Shown here: positions 12,211 through 25,699 of the stretch, in pieces | How the letters are laid out: every line of letters begins with the position of its first letter | Position numbering within the stretch: the first letter of the stretch is position 1 | NCBI RefSeq assembly: GCF_963921235.1 | Contig: NC_086097.1 | Location: 205,284,001 to 205,348,000 of the forward strand | Length of the DNA stretch: 64,000 nt | Direction: 5' to 3' | DNA from: Mobula hypostoma | Taxonomy: Eukaryota | Program-made: the position numbers and the translations under genes | The notes under the pieces: generated by a model | What the model was told of the DNA's origin: nothing | What the model saw: the letters and a program-made list of their open reading frames with translations, nothing else | The model's database searches: none

Positions 12211-13644
12211 ACAAATGAGAGTCAATTTACAGTGAATGCTGATTAATTCTCCAAATCTGAGCTGAAGTTTTACACAATCTGACTCCACAGCCAGAAAACA
12301 AGCCTTCAGATTTCATGGATTTGAGCTTCTCTAAAAAAAAATCCTTCTGCATGGCCATAATTGATCTTTCAAAGTGAAATTACAATTTTTTTAATGAGCT
12401 GGATTCACTCCTTGTCCACAGGCATGACAATTAAACTGCTGAAAGTCTCTGCTCTTTTCATAAGTGGATGCCAAAATTCCTATCACTTGCTACTCCTTTC
12501 AGATTCCCTAACTTCTGCTTTCTGAACTCTCCGTTTGTGGCCTTTTGGACTAATACAATGAAAAGTCTGTGCAAGCACGCAAGGGATATTATTTTATGGA
12601 AATAGTGGACATCTTTTGGAACTTTGTTTGTGAGGGTGTATGTACACCTCTGCTTTTCAAGCAGATTCTTAGCCTAGACTGGTAGAATGTGCAGCTCTTT
12701 ACATGACTGATTTCATATTGAATACTATTCCTGTGTTTCATCTGCATTTCTTTTCCATTGCTTTATTGTATCATGTCATCACCTGCTTTGTGTTATCTTC
12801 ATGTCAATACACATCTGCATTTATTCATGTAAACACTTAACTCTTGTACACTCTCATTGCTCTTTTCCTTTCTAAATGGTTTTTGTCTCCTATAATTTGG
12901 ATGCAGTTTTACAATTAAAAGGTCAGTTCCTGCATTCTCTCCATAGATGCCACCTGCCCTGCTGAGTGCTTTCAGTTTATTTATGATTCTCAGCAGCTGG
13001 GTATATTTGTTTTCTGTTATTCTCTAGACTTTTTCAATATGACTGTGTGTTTGCTTTGGTTAACCTCATTGATGCTCCAAGCATTACAGATGTTTCAATC
13101 AGAAACTCAAAAGTGCAGATGGAGAATCAGCAGGAATTTAATGCCTCACAGCCTTTGATATATAGTAAGCAAATATCTGGGAAAACTGTAGAATTGAAGA
13201 TGGGGATGGGGAGATGCTAAAGAAAAGAACTCAAGCTTTATTGCTATTAATTTGAAAGAAAATTTAATCGATATTTGTCATGTTAGTGGTTAGAAAGTTT
13301 TAAAAAATGCATTGTAACAGAAAAGTAGAGCATTGCCAGGAATGCTAGTCATCAAAATTCTTGGACCATTGTTTTAACTACAGGAATATAACCCCTGAGA
13401 CAATGTCACAAAATCTTCTGTGCAAGGTACTTCAGCTTATGACTGAACATAACTAAGACTTCCATACTGCTGGCATTAAAAATTAATACCTAGGAAGGTT
13501 ATGTCAAGACCATTGGTTTATTTGGGTTAGGGCTCACTGATAGCTAAAACACAGTAAATGCTGCATTCCATCAATTCTGTGCATATTTATGTAGCTCTCA
13601 CTAGAGAGTTTCTCTGTGAGATGTAGGAACCCTCTTCAGTTTCA

Positions 13645-16600
13645 GCAGCTCCTTTCTAAGATAAGGAGCCCAAAACTGCTCACAATACTCCTAGTGAGGC
13701 CTAGTGCTTTATAGATTCTCAGCATTCCATCCTTGCTTTTATATTCTAGTCCTCTTGAAATGAATGCTAACATTGCATTTGCCTTCCTCACCACAGACTC
13801 AACCTGCAATTTAACCTTTAGGGAATCCCGCACAAGGACTCCTAAGCCCCTTTGCACCTCAGTTTTTTGTACTTTCTCTCTATTTAGAAAAATAGTCAAC
13901 CCTTTCATTTCTCTGAGCAAAGTTCATGACTATACACTTCCAGACACTGTATTTCATCTGCCATTTATTTGCCCATCCTCCTAATCTGTCTTAATCCTTC
14001 TGTAACCTCCCTACTTCCTCAAAACTTCCTGCCCTTCCACCTATCTTCATATTACCTACAAACTTTGCAACAAAGCCATTAATTTAATCATGCATATTAT
14101 TGACATATAATGTGAAAAGCATCGATCCCAACCCAGACGCATGTGGAACACCATTAGTCACCGACAGCCAGCCAGAAAAGGCTCTCTTTATCCCCACTCT
14201 TTGCACCTGCCAATCAGCTACTGCTTTATCCATGCTAGAATCTTTCCTGTAATACCATGGGCTCGTACCTTGTTAAGCAGCCTTATGTGTGGCACCTTGT
14301 CAAAGGCCTTCTGAAAACCCAAGTACTGTACACAACATCAACCAAGTCTCCTTTGTCTATTCTGCTTGGCACTTCTTCAAAGAATTCCAACAGATTTGTA
14401 AGGCAAGACTTTCCCTTGAGGAAACCATGGTGACTATGGCCTATTTTATCATGTGCCTCCAAGTACCCTGAGTCCTCATCCTTAATAATCAACTCCTACA
14501 TCTTTCCAGCCACTGAGGTCAGACTAACTAGGTTATAGTTTCTTTTTGACTGCCTCTCTCCCTTCTTGAAGAGTGGAGAGACATTTGTAATTTTCTAGTC
14601 TTCTGGAACCATTCCAGAATCTAGTGATTCTTAAAAGATCATTACTGATGCCTCCATGATCTCTTCAGCCACCTCTTTCAGAACTATCTGGTCCAGGTAA
14701 CTTATCTACCTTCAGACCTTTCAGTTTCCCGAGAACCTTCCACAATGAAAAGTGTTGCAAAATACTTATTCACTTCATCCGCTATTTCATTGTCCCCCAT
14801 TACTATCTCACCAGCACCATTTCCAATGCTCCAATATCCACTCACGCCTCTCTTTTACACATTGTGCATCCGAAGAAACTTCTGGTGTCCTCTAATATTA
14901 TTGGCTAGTTTACTTTTATATTCAATCTTTACCTTCTTGATAACTGTTTTAGTTACCTTCTGCTGGTTTTTAAATCTTCCCAATTCTTTACCTTCCCACT
15001 AATTTTTTGCTCTATTATATGCCCTCTCTTTGGCTTTTATGTTGGCTTTGACTTCTCTTGTTAGCTACCTTTAGAATACTTCTTCCTCTTTGGGATGTAT
15101 ATATCCTGTGCCTTTTGAATTGCTTCCAGACATTCCAGCCATTGCTGCTCTGCTGTTGTCCCTGCGATCCATTCTGGCCAAATCTTCTCTCATACCTTTG
15201 TTTTTCCCTTTACTCCACTGTAATACTGATACATCTGACTTTAGTTTTTCCTTCTCAATTTCAGGGTAAATTCGATCACGTTATGATCACTTCCCCAAAA
15301 GGGTTCTTTTAACTTAAGCTCCCTAATCGATTCTGGTTCAATACATAACAACCAATCCAGAATAATTGATCTCCTAGTGGGCTCAGCCATGAGCTGCTCT
15401 AAAAAGCCATCTCGTAGGCACTCTAGAAACTCCTCTTCCTGTAATCCAGCACCAACCGATTTTCCCCAATTTACTTGCATATTGAAGCCCCCTGCCTACG
15501 ATTATCATAACATTGCTTTTTACATAGAACATAGAACATAGAATAGTACAGCACAGTACAGGCCCTTCGGCCCACATTGTTGTGCCAACCCTCAAACCCT
15601 GCCTCCCATATAACCCCCCACCTTAAATTCCTCCATATACCTGTCTAGTAGTCTCTTAAACTTCGCTAGTGTATCTGCCTCCACCACTGACTCAGGCAGT
15701 GCATTCCACGCACCAACCACTCTCTGAGTAAAAAGCCTTCCTCTAATATCCCCCTTGAACTTTCCACCCCTTACCTGAAAGCCATGTCCCCTTGTATTGA
15801 GCAATGGTGTCCTGGGGAAGAGGTGCTGGCTATCCACTCTGTCTATTCCTCTTAATATCTTGTATACCTCTATCATGTCTCCTCTTATCCTCCTTCTCTC
15901 CAAAGTGTAAAGCCCTAGCTCCCTTAATCTCTGATCATAATCCATACTCTCTAAACCAGGCAGCATCTTGGTAAATCTCCTCTGTACCCTTTCCAATGCT
16001 TCCACATCCTTCCTATAGTGAGGTGACCAGAACTGGACACAGTACTCCAAGTGTGGCCTAACCAGAGTTTTATAGAGCTGCATCATTGCCTCGCAATTTT
16101 TAAACTCTATCCCTCGACTTATGAAAGCTAACTCTCCATAAGCTTTCTTAACTACCCTATCTACCTGTGAGGAAACTTTCAGGGATCTGTGGACATGTAC
16201 CCCCAGATCCCTCTGCTCCTCCACACTACAAAGTATCCTGCCATTTACTTTGTACTCAGCCTTGGAGTTTGTCCTTCCAAAGTGTACCACCTCACACTTC
16301 TCCGGGTTGAACTCCATCTGCCACTTCTCAGCCCACTTCTGCATCCTATCAATGTCTCTCTGCAATCTTTGACAATCCTCTACACTATCTACAACACCAC
16401 CAACCTTTCTGTCATCTGCAAACTTGCCAACTCACCCTTCTACTAGTGAAACCTCTTTTGCCATGCATTCTCTATCTCCCGTTTAAATGTGTAGATATAC
16501 TACAACTTGGGGCTCTGTATACAACTCCCATCAGGGTCTTTTTACTCTTCCAGCTCCTTAGATCTATTCTCAAGGATTCAACACCTTCCAACCCTATGTC

Positions 16601-18180
16601 ACCTCTTTCTAATGATTTGATTTCATTTTTTACCAACAGAACAATGCTGCCCCCTTGGTTTCCCTGCCTATCCTTTTGATATTAAGTGTATCCTTGGACA
16701 TTAAGCTCCCAGCTATAATCTTTCAGCCATGATTCAGTGATGCCTACAACATCATACCTGCCGATCTGCAACTGTGCTCCAAGCTCATCTACATTATTCC
16801 ATACACGCATTCAAATACACCTTCAGTCTCATATTTACCCTTTTCAATTTTGTTCACCTTTTACGTTGCAACTTATTCTGTTGACTGCAATTTTGCCCTA
16901 TCAACAGCCTCTCCTCACACATTACCTCTGTTTGTAAACCAACTACCTCATCTTCAGCTCTATTATCCACCTTTCCTACAATACTTGTTACATTGAAATA
17001 TAGGCAATTAGTTGCACTCCGTTCAATCTTTTGATTTCTAACTTTGCCTGAGGGCTTACTAATATCTGCCTCCACAACCTCTCCATTCACTGTTCTGGCA
17101 CTCTTATTTCCATTCCCCTGCAACTATGGTTTAAACCCCACCATGCTGCATTAATAAACTTTCCCACTAGGATATTAGTCCCCCTTAAGTTCAGATGCAA
17201 ACCATCCCTTCCGTACATGTCCCACCTTCCACCTTCCCTGGAAGACAGCCCAATGATCCAAAAATCTTATGCCCTCCCTCCTACACCAACTCTTTAGCCA
17301 CGTATTAAACTGCATAATCTTCCTAGTTCTAGCCTCACTAGCACGTGCCATGGATAGCAATCATGAGATCACAACCCTGATGGTCCTGCCCTTTAACTTA
17401 GCACCTCACTCCCTGAACTTCCTATGCAGAACTTCATGACTTGTCCTTCCCATGTCATTTGTACCAACATGGACCACGACCTCCAGCTGTTCACCCTCCC
17501 ACTTAAGAATGCTGAGGACTCAATCCAAGATATCCAGAACCATGGCCTCTGGGAGACAACATACCATCTGGGAACCTTGTTTCCCCCACAGAAAATAACT
17601 AACAAATCCCCAGACACCAAAGGGTGCTTTTTCTCCCCCTTCCCTTCTGAGTCACATAGGCAGAGACTTGACCAATGTGACTTTCCTTTGTTCGGTCATC
17701 CCCATCCCCACCCCCTGACAGTATCCAAAGTGATATACCTGTTATTGAGGGGGATGGCCACAGCAGTATTCTGCAGTGGCTCCTTAACCCCTTTCCCCTT
17801 ACGGACTGTCACCCCAGTTTCCTATATCCTGCACATTGGGTGTCACTACCTCTCTATATGCCCTATCGATCACCCCTTCAGCCTTCCGAATGACCCAGAG
17901 TTCATCCAGTTCCAGCTCCATTCCGTAACGCAGGTTGATAGAAGCTGCAGCTGGATGCACTTCTCGCAGCTTTAGTCATCAGACACACTGGAGATCTCCC
18001 AGCTTTTCCATATCCCACAGGAGGATTATTTCACTATCCTGCCTGGCATCTCTAATGTCCTAGCTGAGCAGATATAAAGAAGAGAAGGAAAAAACTTGAG
18101 CTTTTCTTTCCCTTGCTTTCTCTGAGAGAAGCCTCACTTGACTGAAGCCTCGAAGAGCTAAAGCCTTTTATTCACCACTC
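13645..18180 (-). mobile_element. Long decayed CR1 LINE (ORF1 esterase-like + ORF2 EN/RT), 3' end missing, interrupted by a younger CR1
   Basis: Minus-strand CEKCIQLQLL, IMQFNTWLKSWCRREGIRFLDHW (SGNH-like ORF1), GSDHNVIEF (endonuclease), HGFLKGKSCLTNLLEFFEEV (RT). Confidence 0.9.
15523..16442 (-). mobile_element. Young 5'-truncated CR1 nested in the older CR1; uninterrupted 257-aa ORF2 C-terminus (15592-16365)
   Basis: (CATAGAA)n tail at 15523; WAEKWQMEFNPEKC...RPHLEYCVQFWSP with no stop; host CR1 endonuclease sequence resumes after ~16450. Confidence 0.9.
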
Positions 18181-18682
18181 TGACCATGTCAGAATACTTA
18201 TAATGTTTAGCATAATTCATGGTACTTTGTATCACAGCTGTAGACCCAAGGGCCATCTGTGATAAAGATGTCTTGTTCCAATTAGTCTCACGCTTTTTTT
18301 GAACCCAGACTGATTCATTTCCTTTTTATGCCTCTTCAGCCGCTCATACAGGTCATGCTAATCTCCAAACTGGTTCCATGCTCTCGCCTTCATGACCTAG
18401 TTACAGAAAAATAGTCTCAAGTTTAAAATTAGCGATTGATCTGACAGCAACACATTGTATAGGAAGGAGGATAACAAATATTTTACCAATGTTCATTCCC
18501 AAAAGGCTTGGCTATAACATTCAGCCACTGACGCTCCATCTTAAATTCCCAAAACAGCAAAAACAGTTTCCTTATACATATTCTGTCAATTCTTCAACAT
18601 ATTTGCCAATATTAGAAGACAACTGTTTTTTAAATGAGTAGAGAAAATTTAGGGCAGATATCTACTATACTCTGTAGATCAT

Positions 18683-18920
18683 ATCAGGGCTGAATCCTAA
18701 CTAAAAAGGTGGAAACTACTTGGAATAAAACAAAAATAATCACCAAGGCAAAAGACATGGCTGCAGAAGCAAATGTTGGTAAATAGGCCTTGGACAGGGT
18801 GGAATATGGATTTACTAGAAAAACATAAAACACAGATCATAGCCACATCTTTTTTCTTGGTGATTATTTTGGTCTTATTTCGAGTAGTTTCCACCTTTTT
18901 AATTAGGATTCAGCCTTGAT
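18683..18920. repeat. Long inverted repeat / probable palindromic MITE (80-bp arms, 78-bp spacer)
   Basis: 18683-18762 matches the reverse complement of 18841-18920 at 70/80 positions without gaps (manual count). Confidence 0.85.
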
Positions 18921-20789
18921 CAAACAAATTTTACTCTTACTCTGAACCTGAAGGTTTCATCAGCCTGTTGCCAATTTCGACACTCACTTTGTTCTCATTT
19001 TCAAATGCTTCATCTGACTTTATATTTTTCCTCTGTCAGCTTCTCCATCTCCACTTTACAGGGTCAACATCAGTTCCACAGGAAAGGTGATTCTGGGCTT
19101 TTATTTATCTGTCATTTAAATTCTCTACTGCACTTCACACTCACCACTTATACTGTCTAATGAGGATCAGCATAATCTTGAGAAATTTACTTCAGATTGC
19201 AAGAATGAGGATTATAGCATTTAGGACTCAGCATTCCATTAAATGGTTTTAGATAATGATCTATTTGAGGCTTCTGTCTGGCATTCATTTTCTGAATTAA
19301 AGGTTCTCTGATCTGTCATGTTGACTTTCTTCCCACAATTTCCACAATTAACTGGGCATTTTCCATATTTTTTTTGACTTTGCTTAAATATATTTCATTG
19401 ATTATAAATGAGATGATTTATTTTATAACAGTATTTATTTTCAGTTAGTTAGTGGAATTACCTTTTCTCGTATTGTTTGAATGTTTCTGACTTCTTGTGA
19501 TTGTCAGTGACATTTACAAACCTTCAATCACTTTGCCTGCTTTGACAGCAAGCTCAGCATGGGCATATCACTGAATTGGTTGTCAAAGCATTTCTGTAGA
19601 CAGGTTTTCTTCAAGACTTCAATACATGATGCCAGTGTAGCCTTGCCTACAGTAAAAGTACATAATCTTTGATCAATCAAAACTTCTGTTGCACAGGGCA
19701 AACAGACTAGGTTAGTATCACCTTTGTGGACCTAGTTGGCTCTTGGAGATCTACCAAGGGTAAATTCAAACTAAGCAAGCCGGGTAGTGGTCCTGCCACT
19801 GACAGAAGGTTCTAGGTCACTGAACGCCACCTACTAAACTAGCACTTTTATCTAAAATTAACCTATTTGCCTAGTTCACCACAAAAAAAAATCTATCTTT
19901 TCTCACTACTGTCAATATGTGTCTCAGTTTGCCTCTTGCTCCCTTCTCATTAATGTTCCTTCTAATACTTTTTTACAGCTGTGTAGACCAACCATTGCTC
20001 TAAGCAGGAAGTTTTTATGCAGTCTGAAAACTGTGCAGCAGCTTTAAATGCATACTGTGAATATTAAGAATGATTTTTTTTAAATCGCATGCTTTTGATT
20101 TTATTTATTAACTGAAGGATTTAATAAAAACGGTAGAACAAAGGACACACATTTCCTAAACTTTATCTAGCTGCACCCAATTCCAGCTACGCAGCAACAA
20201 AGTCTATGTGCACGGGAGCATTTCAGTTAATGCACAGTCATACATCCACACAGCTTAGAGGGAACAGTGCTTTTCATCACTCCAAAAAAGTACGTAAATG
20301 GCAGAGAGACAATTCTTTAAAAACAACAGAAATTCCAACCAACTTGAAAATAAATTGGGGAGCATTTAACATACCAGCTAAATATAGAAGGTTATTTGAG
20401 CATCAAGCAGAATTCCAGCTGGAAATGCATATATGCAGGGATCCCTATCTTTGTAAGTTTGCCACTTTGAGGGCCGCTGATGGCGATGAGTACTTCTGTT
20501 GTTTGTAATGAAAGCAAATTCTTCACACATTCTTACACAGGGAACAAAAAACTAACATAGTAAGGTGAAGATATTATATCCAAAGTCAGATTGTATCTAT
20601 AAATAGCCTAGGAAACTATGATTATTGGCAAAAGTGTTGCACTCATTAATAATGATAATAATGAGCTGCACCCAATAAATGCTGAACATTTCATTTTATC
20701 CCTTCCTTCCAATGAGACTGACCAATGATAATCTATTCTTATAATTACATGTTCCATATTTCTGAAGTTTATAAACAAACAGGTTGAAA

Positions 20790-22812
20790 TTTACAGGAAG
20801 GACAGCAGAGCAGCAATGACTGGAGTTTCTGTGAAAAATGAGGGAAGTTCATGACAGATATATTCCAAATAAGAGGAAATTTTCAAAGGGAAGAAGGATA
20901 GTACCGTGGCTGACAAGTGAAGTCAGAGCCACAGTAAATGCAAAAGAGAGAGCATACAAGTAAGCCAAAGCTAGTGGGAAGATAGAGAATTGGGAAACTT
21001 TTAAAAACTTGCAGAATGAAACTAAGAATGTCATTAGGAAGGAAACGATGAATTATGAAAGGAAGCTGGCGACTAATATCAAAGAAGATACGAAAAGCTT
21101 TTTTAAGTATATAAAAGGTAAAAGAGAGTTGAGGGTAGATATAGGACCAATACAAAATGACACTAGAGGTATTGTAGTGAGAGATGCAGAGATGGCAGAG
21201 GAACTGATTGCGTATTTTGCATCAGTCTCCACAGTGGAAGACATCAGCAGTATACCGGGCATTCAAGAGTGTGAAAGAGGTAAAGTTTGCACAGTGAAAA
21301 TTATGACTGAGAAGGTGCTCAGAAAGCTTAATGGTCTGAGGGTGGATAAATCTCCTGGACCTGATGGAATGTACCCTCAGGTTCTGAAGGAAGTAGCTGG
21401 AGAGATTGTGGATGCATTAACAATGAGCTTTCAAGAATCAATAGATTCTGGCATTGTACTGGATGACTGGAAAATTGCAAATTTTACTCCACTATTTAAG
21501 AAGGGTGGGAGGCAGCAGAAAGGAAATGATAGACCTATTAGCCTGACATCAGTGTTTACAAAGTTATTGGAATTGATTTTTAGGGATGAGATTATGGAGT
21601 ACCTGGAGGCACATGACAAGATAGGCTAAAACCAGCATGGTTTCCTGAAAGGAAAATCCTGCCTGACAAACCTACTGCAATTCTTTGAGGAAATTACAAG
21701 CAGGGTAGATAAAGGAGATGCAGTAGACATGGCGTATTTGGATTTTCAGAAGGCCTTTGACAAGGTGCCACACATGAGGCTGCTTAGCAAGATAAGAGCT
21801 CATGGAATTACAGGGAAGTTACTAGTGTGGGTAGATCACTGGCTGGTCAGCAGAAAACAGAGAGTGGGAATAAAGGGATACTATTCTGGCTGGCTGCCGG
21901 TTACCATGGTGTTCCACGGGGTCGGTACTGGGACTGCTGCTTCTTACGATGTATGTCAATGATTTGGACTATGATATTAATGGATTTGTGGCTGAATTTG
22001 CAGATGATACAAGGATAGGTAGAGGAGTGGGTAGTGTTGAGGAAACAGAGAGCCTGCAGAGGACTTAGATAGTTAGGAGAATGGGCAAAAAAGTGGCAAA
22101 TGAAATACGATGTTGGAAAGTATATGGTCATGCACTTTGGTGGAAGAAATAAATGAACAGACTATTATTTAGATGGGAAGAGAATTCAAAATGCAGAGGT
22201 GCAAAGAGACTTAGGAGTCCTTGTGCAAGATACCCTAAAGGTTGAGTCAGTTGTGAAGAAGGTGAATGCAATGTTGGCACTTATTTCTAGAAATATAGAA
22301 TATAAGAGCAGAGATGTGATGTTGAGGCCCTATAAGGCACTCGTGAGACCACACGGAGTATTGTGTGCAGTTTTGGGCTCCTTATTTTAGAATGGATATA
22401 CTGACATTGGAGAGGGTTCAGAGAAGATTCACGAGAATGATTCCAGGAATGAGAAGGTTACCTTATGAGAAATATCTGGCAGCTCTTAGGCTGTATTCCC
22501 TGGAGTTCAGGAGAATAAGGGAGGATCTCATTGAAACATTCTGAATGTTAAAAGGCCTGAACAGATTAGATATGGCAAAGTTATTTCCCATGGTAGGGGA
22601 TTCTATGACAAGAGGGCACAACTTCAGGATTGAAGGACATCCATTTAGATGCGGAGAAATTACTTTAGTCATAGGGTGGTAAATCTGTGGAACTTGTTGT
22701 CACGAGTGGCTGCGGAGGCCAAGTCATGGGGTGTATTTAAGGCAGAGATAGATAGGTTCTTGATTAGCCAGGGCATCAAAGGGTATGGGGTGAAAGCAGG
22801 GGAGTGGGAGTG
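20790..22812 (+). mobile_element. CR1 LINE ORF2 (RT) relic
   Basis: DKSPGPDGMYPQVLKE, DWKIANFTPLFKKG, YLDFQKAFDKVPH, EFADDT, GIKGYG motifs with stops and frameshifts. Confidence 0.92.
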
Positions 22813-22814
22813 GT

Positions 22815-23512
22815 TTCAGATTATTTTTTTTAGATTATGAGAACACTCAGTCCTCTTTTATTGTCATTTAGAAATGCATGCATGCATTAAGAAATGATAC
22901 ACTGTTTCTCCGGAGTGATAGCACAGAAAACAGGACAGACCAAAGACTAACACTGACAAACATAATTATAACATATACTTACAGCAGTGCAAAGCAATAC
23001 CATAATTTGATGAAGAACAGACCATGGGTACAGTACAAAAAAGTCTCAAAGTTCCGAGTCGATCGACTCCCGAGTCCTCAATAGCAGGCAGCAAAAGGGA
23101 GAAACTCCCTGCCGTAAACCTCCAGGCACTGTCAACTTGCCGATACCTTGGAAGCAGCCAACCACAGCCGACACTGAGTCCATCCGTCCGAAAACTTCGA
23201 GCTTCCAACCAGCCTCTCCGATACAGCCTCCCGAGAGCCATCCTCTGCTGAACGCCTTCGACCCCTCCCCGGCTGCTGAAACATGCAAAGCCGAGGATTT
23301 TTGATGCCTTCAGCTCCGGAGATTCCAGTTACCACACAGTAGCAGCAGCAGCAAAGCGGGCATTTCAGAAGTTTTCCAGATGTTCCTCTGTGCTCTCACA
23401 TCTGTCTCCATCAAATCAGAATTGTACATGGTTCCCAACTTGACAGATTACAGATATCATCACTGAAGTGGACGCACGCGCTGCCGTTGCGTCGCCATTT
23501 TCTCCCCCCTCC
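22815..23512 (-). mobile_element. Non-coding LINE-like retroposon (GC-rich 5' UTR-like head + Rex/L2-like tail)
   Basis: Minus strand starts GGAGGGGGGAGAAAATGGCGACGC, has a CpG-rich body and ends AATAAAAGAGGACTGAGTGTTCTCATAATCT; no RT motifs. Confidence 0.55.
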
Positions 23513-23514
23513 CG

Positions 23515-23786
23515 GGAGGAGCATAATTAAGCCATTTGGCTCTTTGAGCCTGCTCCACCATTCAAACATGCTGCTAATTCTTTTCCCTCCTTAACCCTAT
23601 TCCCCAGCCCCCTCCCCGTAACCTTTAGTGCCGTGTCTAATCAAGAACCTATCAATCTCTGCCTTAAATATACCCAGCAACCTGACCTCCACAGCTGCCT
23701 GTGGCAACTAATTCCACAAATTCACCACCCTCTGGTTAAAGAAATTCCTCCACATCTCCTTTTTAAATAGACGCCCCTCAATCCTG
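23515..23786 (-). mobile_element. CR1 3' end fragment
   Basis: Collinear with 24670-24940 and 52015-52240. Confidence 0.8.
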
Positions 23787-24650
23787 CTAAATAATTGTTT
23801 TTTAAACTCAAATTCACATTGTATGAAAGCTGCAACTTCTAGTTAACTTCATGTCCTCTGCAGCTGTATATAAAAGATCTGCTCTACAATAACAGATAAT
23901 GAAAACATTGGAAGTATAAATGGACTGGATCTTTATGAATTGAAAAAAAATTATATCATTTTACAGATTATTAGTATTTAATTGTAATATCAGCAATTTT
24001 GATCTGGTTTTTTCTCACTGATCATACTTCAAAATTTGATATGGAATATTCTTACCAAAGTATAAACAATAAAGTGCCCCATCTGGAGTACTTAGATTTA
24101 CAGTTTCATTAAATCTCAGTCAAAATCTCTAAGCTTGCTATGTACTCAACAATCCTCCGGGCCAGTTTCCACCCAGCCTTACCTTGGTTCAATTACAATG
24201 GCTTTTGCTTCCTGTTATTCCCCCTAACGAATGCAAATGGTATGTACACACATGGGTTGTCGAACTTACTTAATTGACAGCGGAGCAATGTTGGATATTG
24301 AGGTTTTGAAGGATGGTGTACAATTTAAGATTTTCTTATGTTTACTCAATACCAGAAGTTTGGAATTGTCTCCTGTGTTCATGGAGTTATGATGATGAAT
24401 CAGCACAGTATTTTAATCGTCATAATTAGAATGCTTATCCTTCATGCATTACCTCCAATTAGATATTGAGAGAATTATGCACGTACCTATTCGCATAATT
24501 ATCTTTAATTTCAGATAGAACATTAAAAGAATCAATCTGGAGGCTTTTCCAATGACTAAGCTCATTAAGATGATACTGTCTTTAAGCCACTCAGACTTGC
24601 AATGTGCATACCCAAGTAAAATGCACAGCAGACTAGGTGAGACTATTTAG

Positions 24651-25680
24651 AGACCATAAGACCATAAGACAAAGGAGCAGAAGTAGGCCATCCGGCCTAT
24701 CGAGTCTGCTCCGCCATTTTATCATGAGCTGATCCATTTTATCCTATTCAGTCCCACTGCCCCGCCTTCTCACCATAACCTTTGATGCCCTGGCTACTCA
24801 GATACCTATCAATCTCTGCCTTAAAGACACCCAATGACTTGGCCTCCACTGCTGCCCGTGGAAACAAATTCCATAGATTCACCACCCTCTGACTAAAAAA
24901 ATTTTTTTGCATTTCTGTTCTGAAAGGGCACCCTTCAATCCTGAAGTCATACCCTCTCGTACTAGACTCCCCCATCATGGGAAACAACTTTGCCACATCC
25001 ACTCTGTCCATGTCTTTTAACATTCGAAATGTTTCTATGAGGTCTCCCCTCATTCTTCTAAACTCCAAGGAATACAGTCCAAGAGCGGACAAACGTTCCT
25101 CATATGTTAACCCTCTCATTCCCGGAATCATTCTAGTGAATCTTCTCTGTACCCTCTTCAACGTCAGCACATCCTTTCTTAAATAAGGAGACCAAAACTG
25201 CCCACAGTACTCCAAGTGAGGTCTCACCAGCACCTTATAGAGCCTCAACATCACATCCCTGCTCCTATACTCTATTCCTCTAGAAATGAATGACAACATT
25301 GCATTCGCCTTCTTCACTACCGACTCAACCTGGAGGTTAACTTTAAGGGAATCCTGTAGGAGGACTCCCAAGTCCCGTTGCATCTCAGAACTTTGAATTC
25401 TTTCCCCATTTAAATAATAGTCTGCCCGTTTATTTTTTCTGCCAAAGTGCATAACCATACGCTTTCCAACATTGTACTTCATTTGCCACTTCTCTGCCCA
25501 TTCTTCCAATCTATCCAAGTCTCTCTGCAGACTCTCCCTTTCCTCAGCACTACCGGCCCCTCCACCTATCTTCGTATCGTCAGCAAACTTAGCCACAAAG
25601 CCATCTATTCTATAATCCAAATCGTTGATGTACAATGTAAAAAGAAGCGGCCCCAACACTGATCCCTGTGGAACACCATT
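24651..25680 (-). mobile_element. Young 5'-truncated CR1 with open RT C-terminal half
   Basis: ORF 24748-25764: GVPQGSVLGPLLFTLYINDL...KFADDTK...GIKGYGEKAGQWD without stops; (AGACCATA)n tail at 24651. Confidence 0.93.
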
Positions 25681-25699
25681 TATTCCATCTAGTTTAGAT

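Noticed and set aside
15592..16365. 257-aa ORF as a host gene
   Set aside because: It is the C-terminus of CR1 ORF2 in a young truncated insertion, with a sibling copy at 32030-32658.
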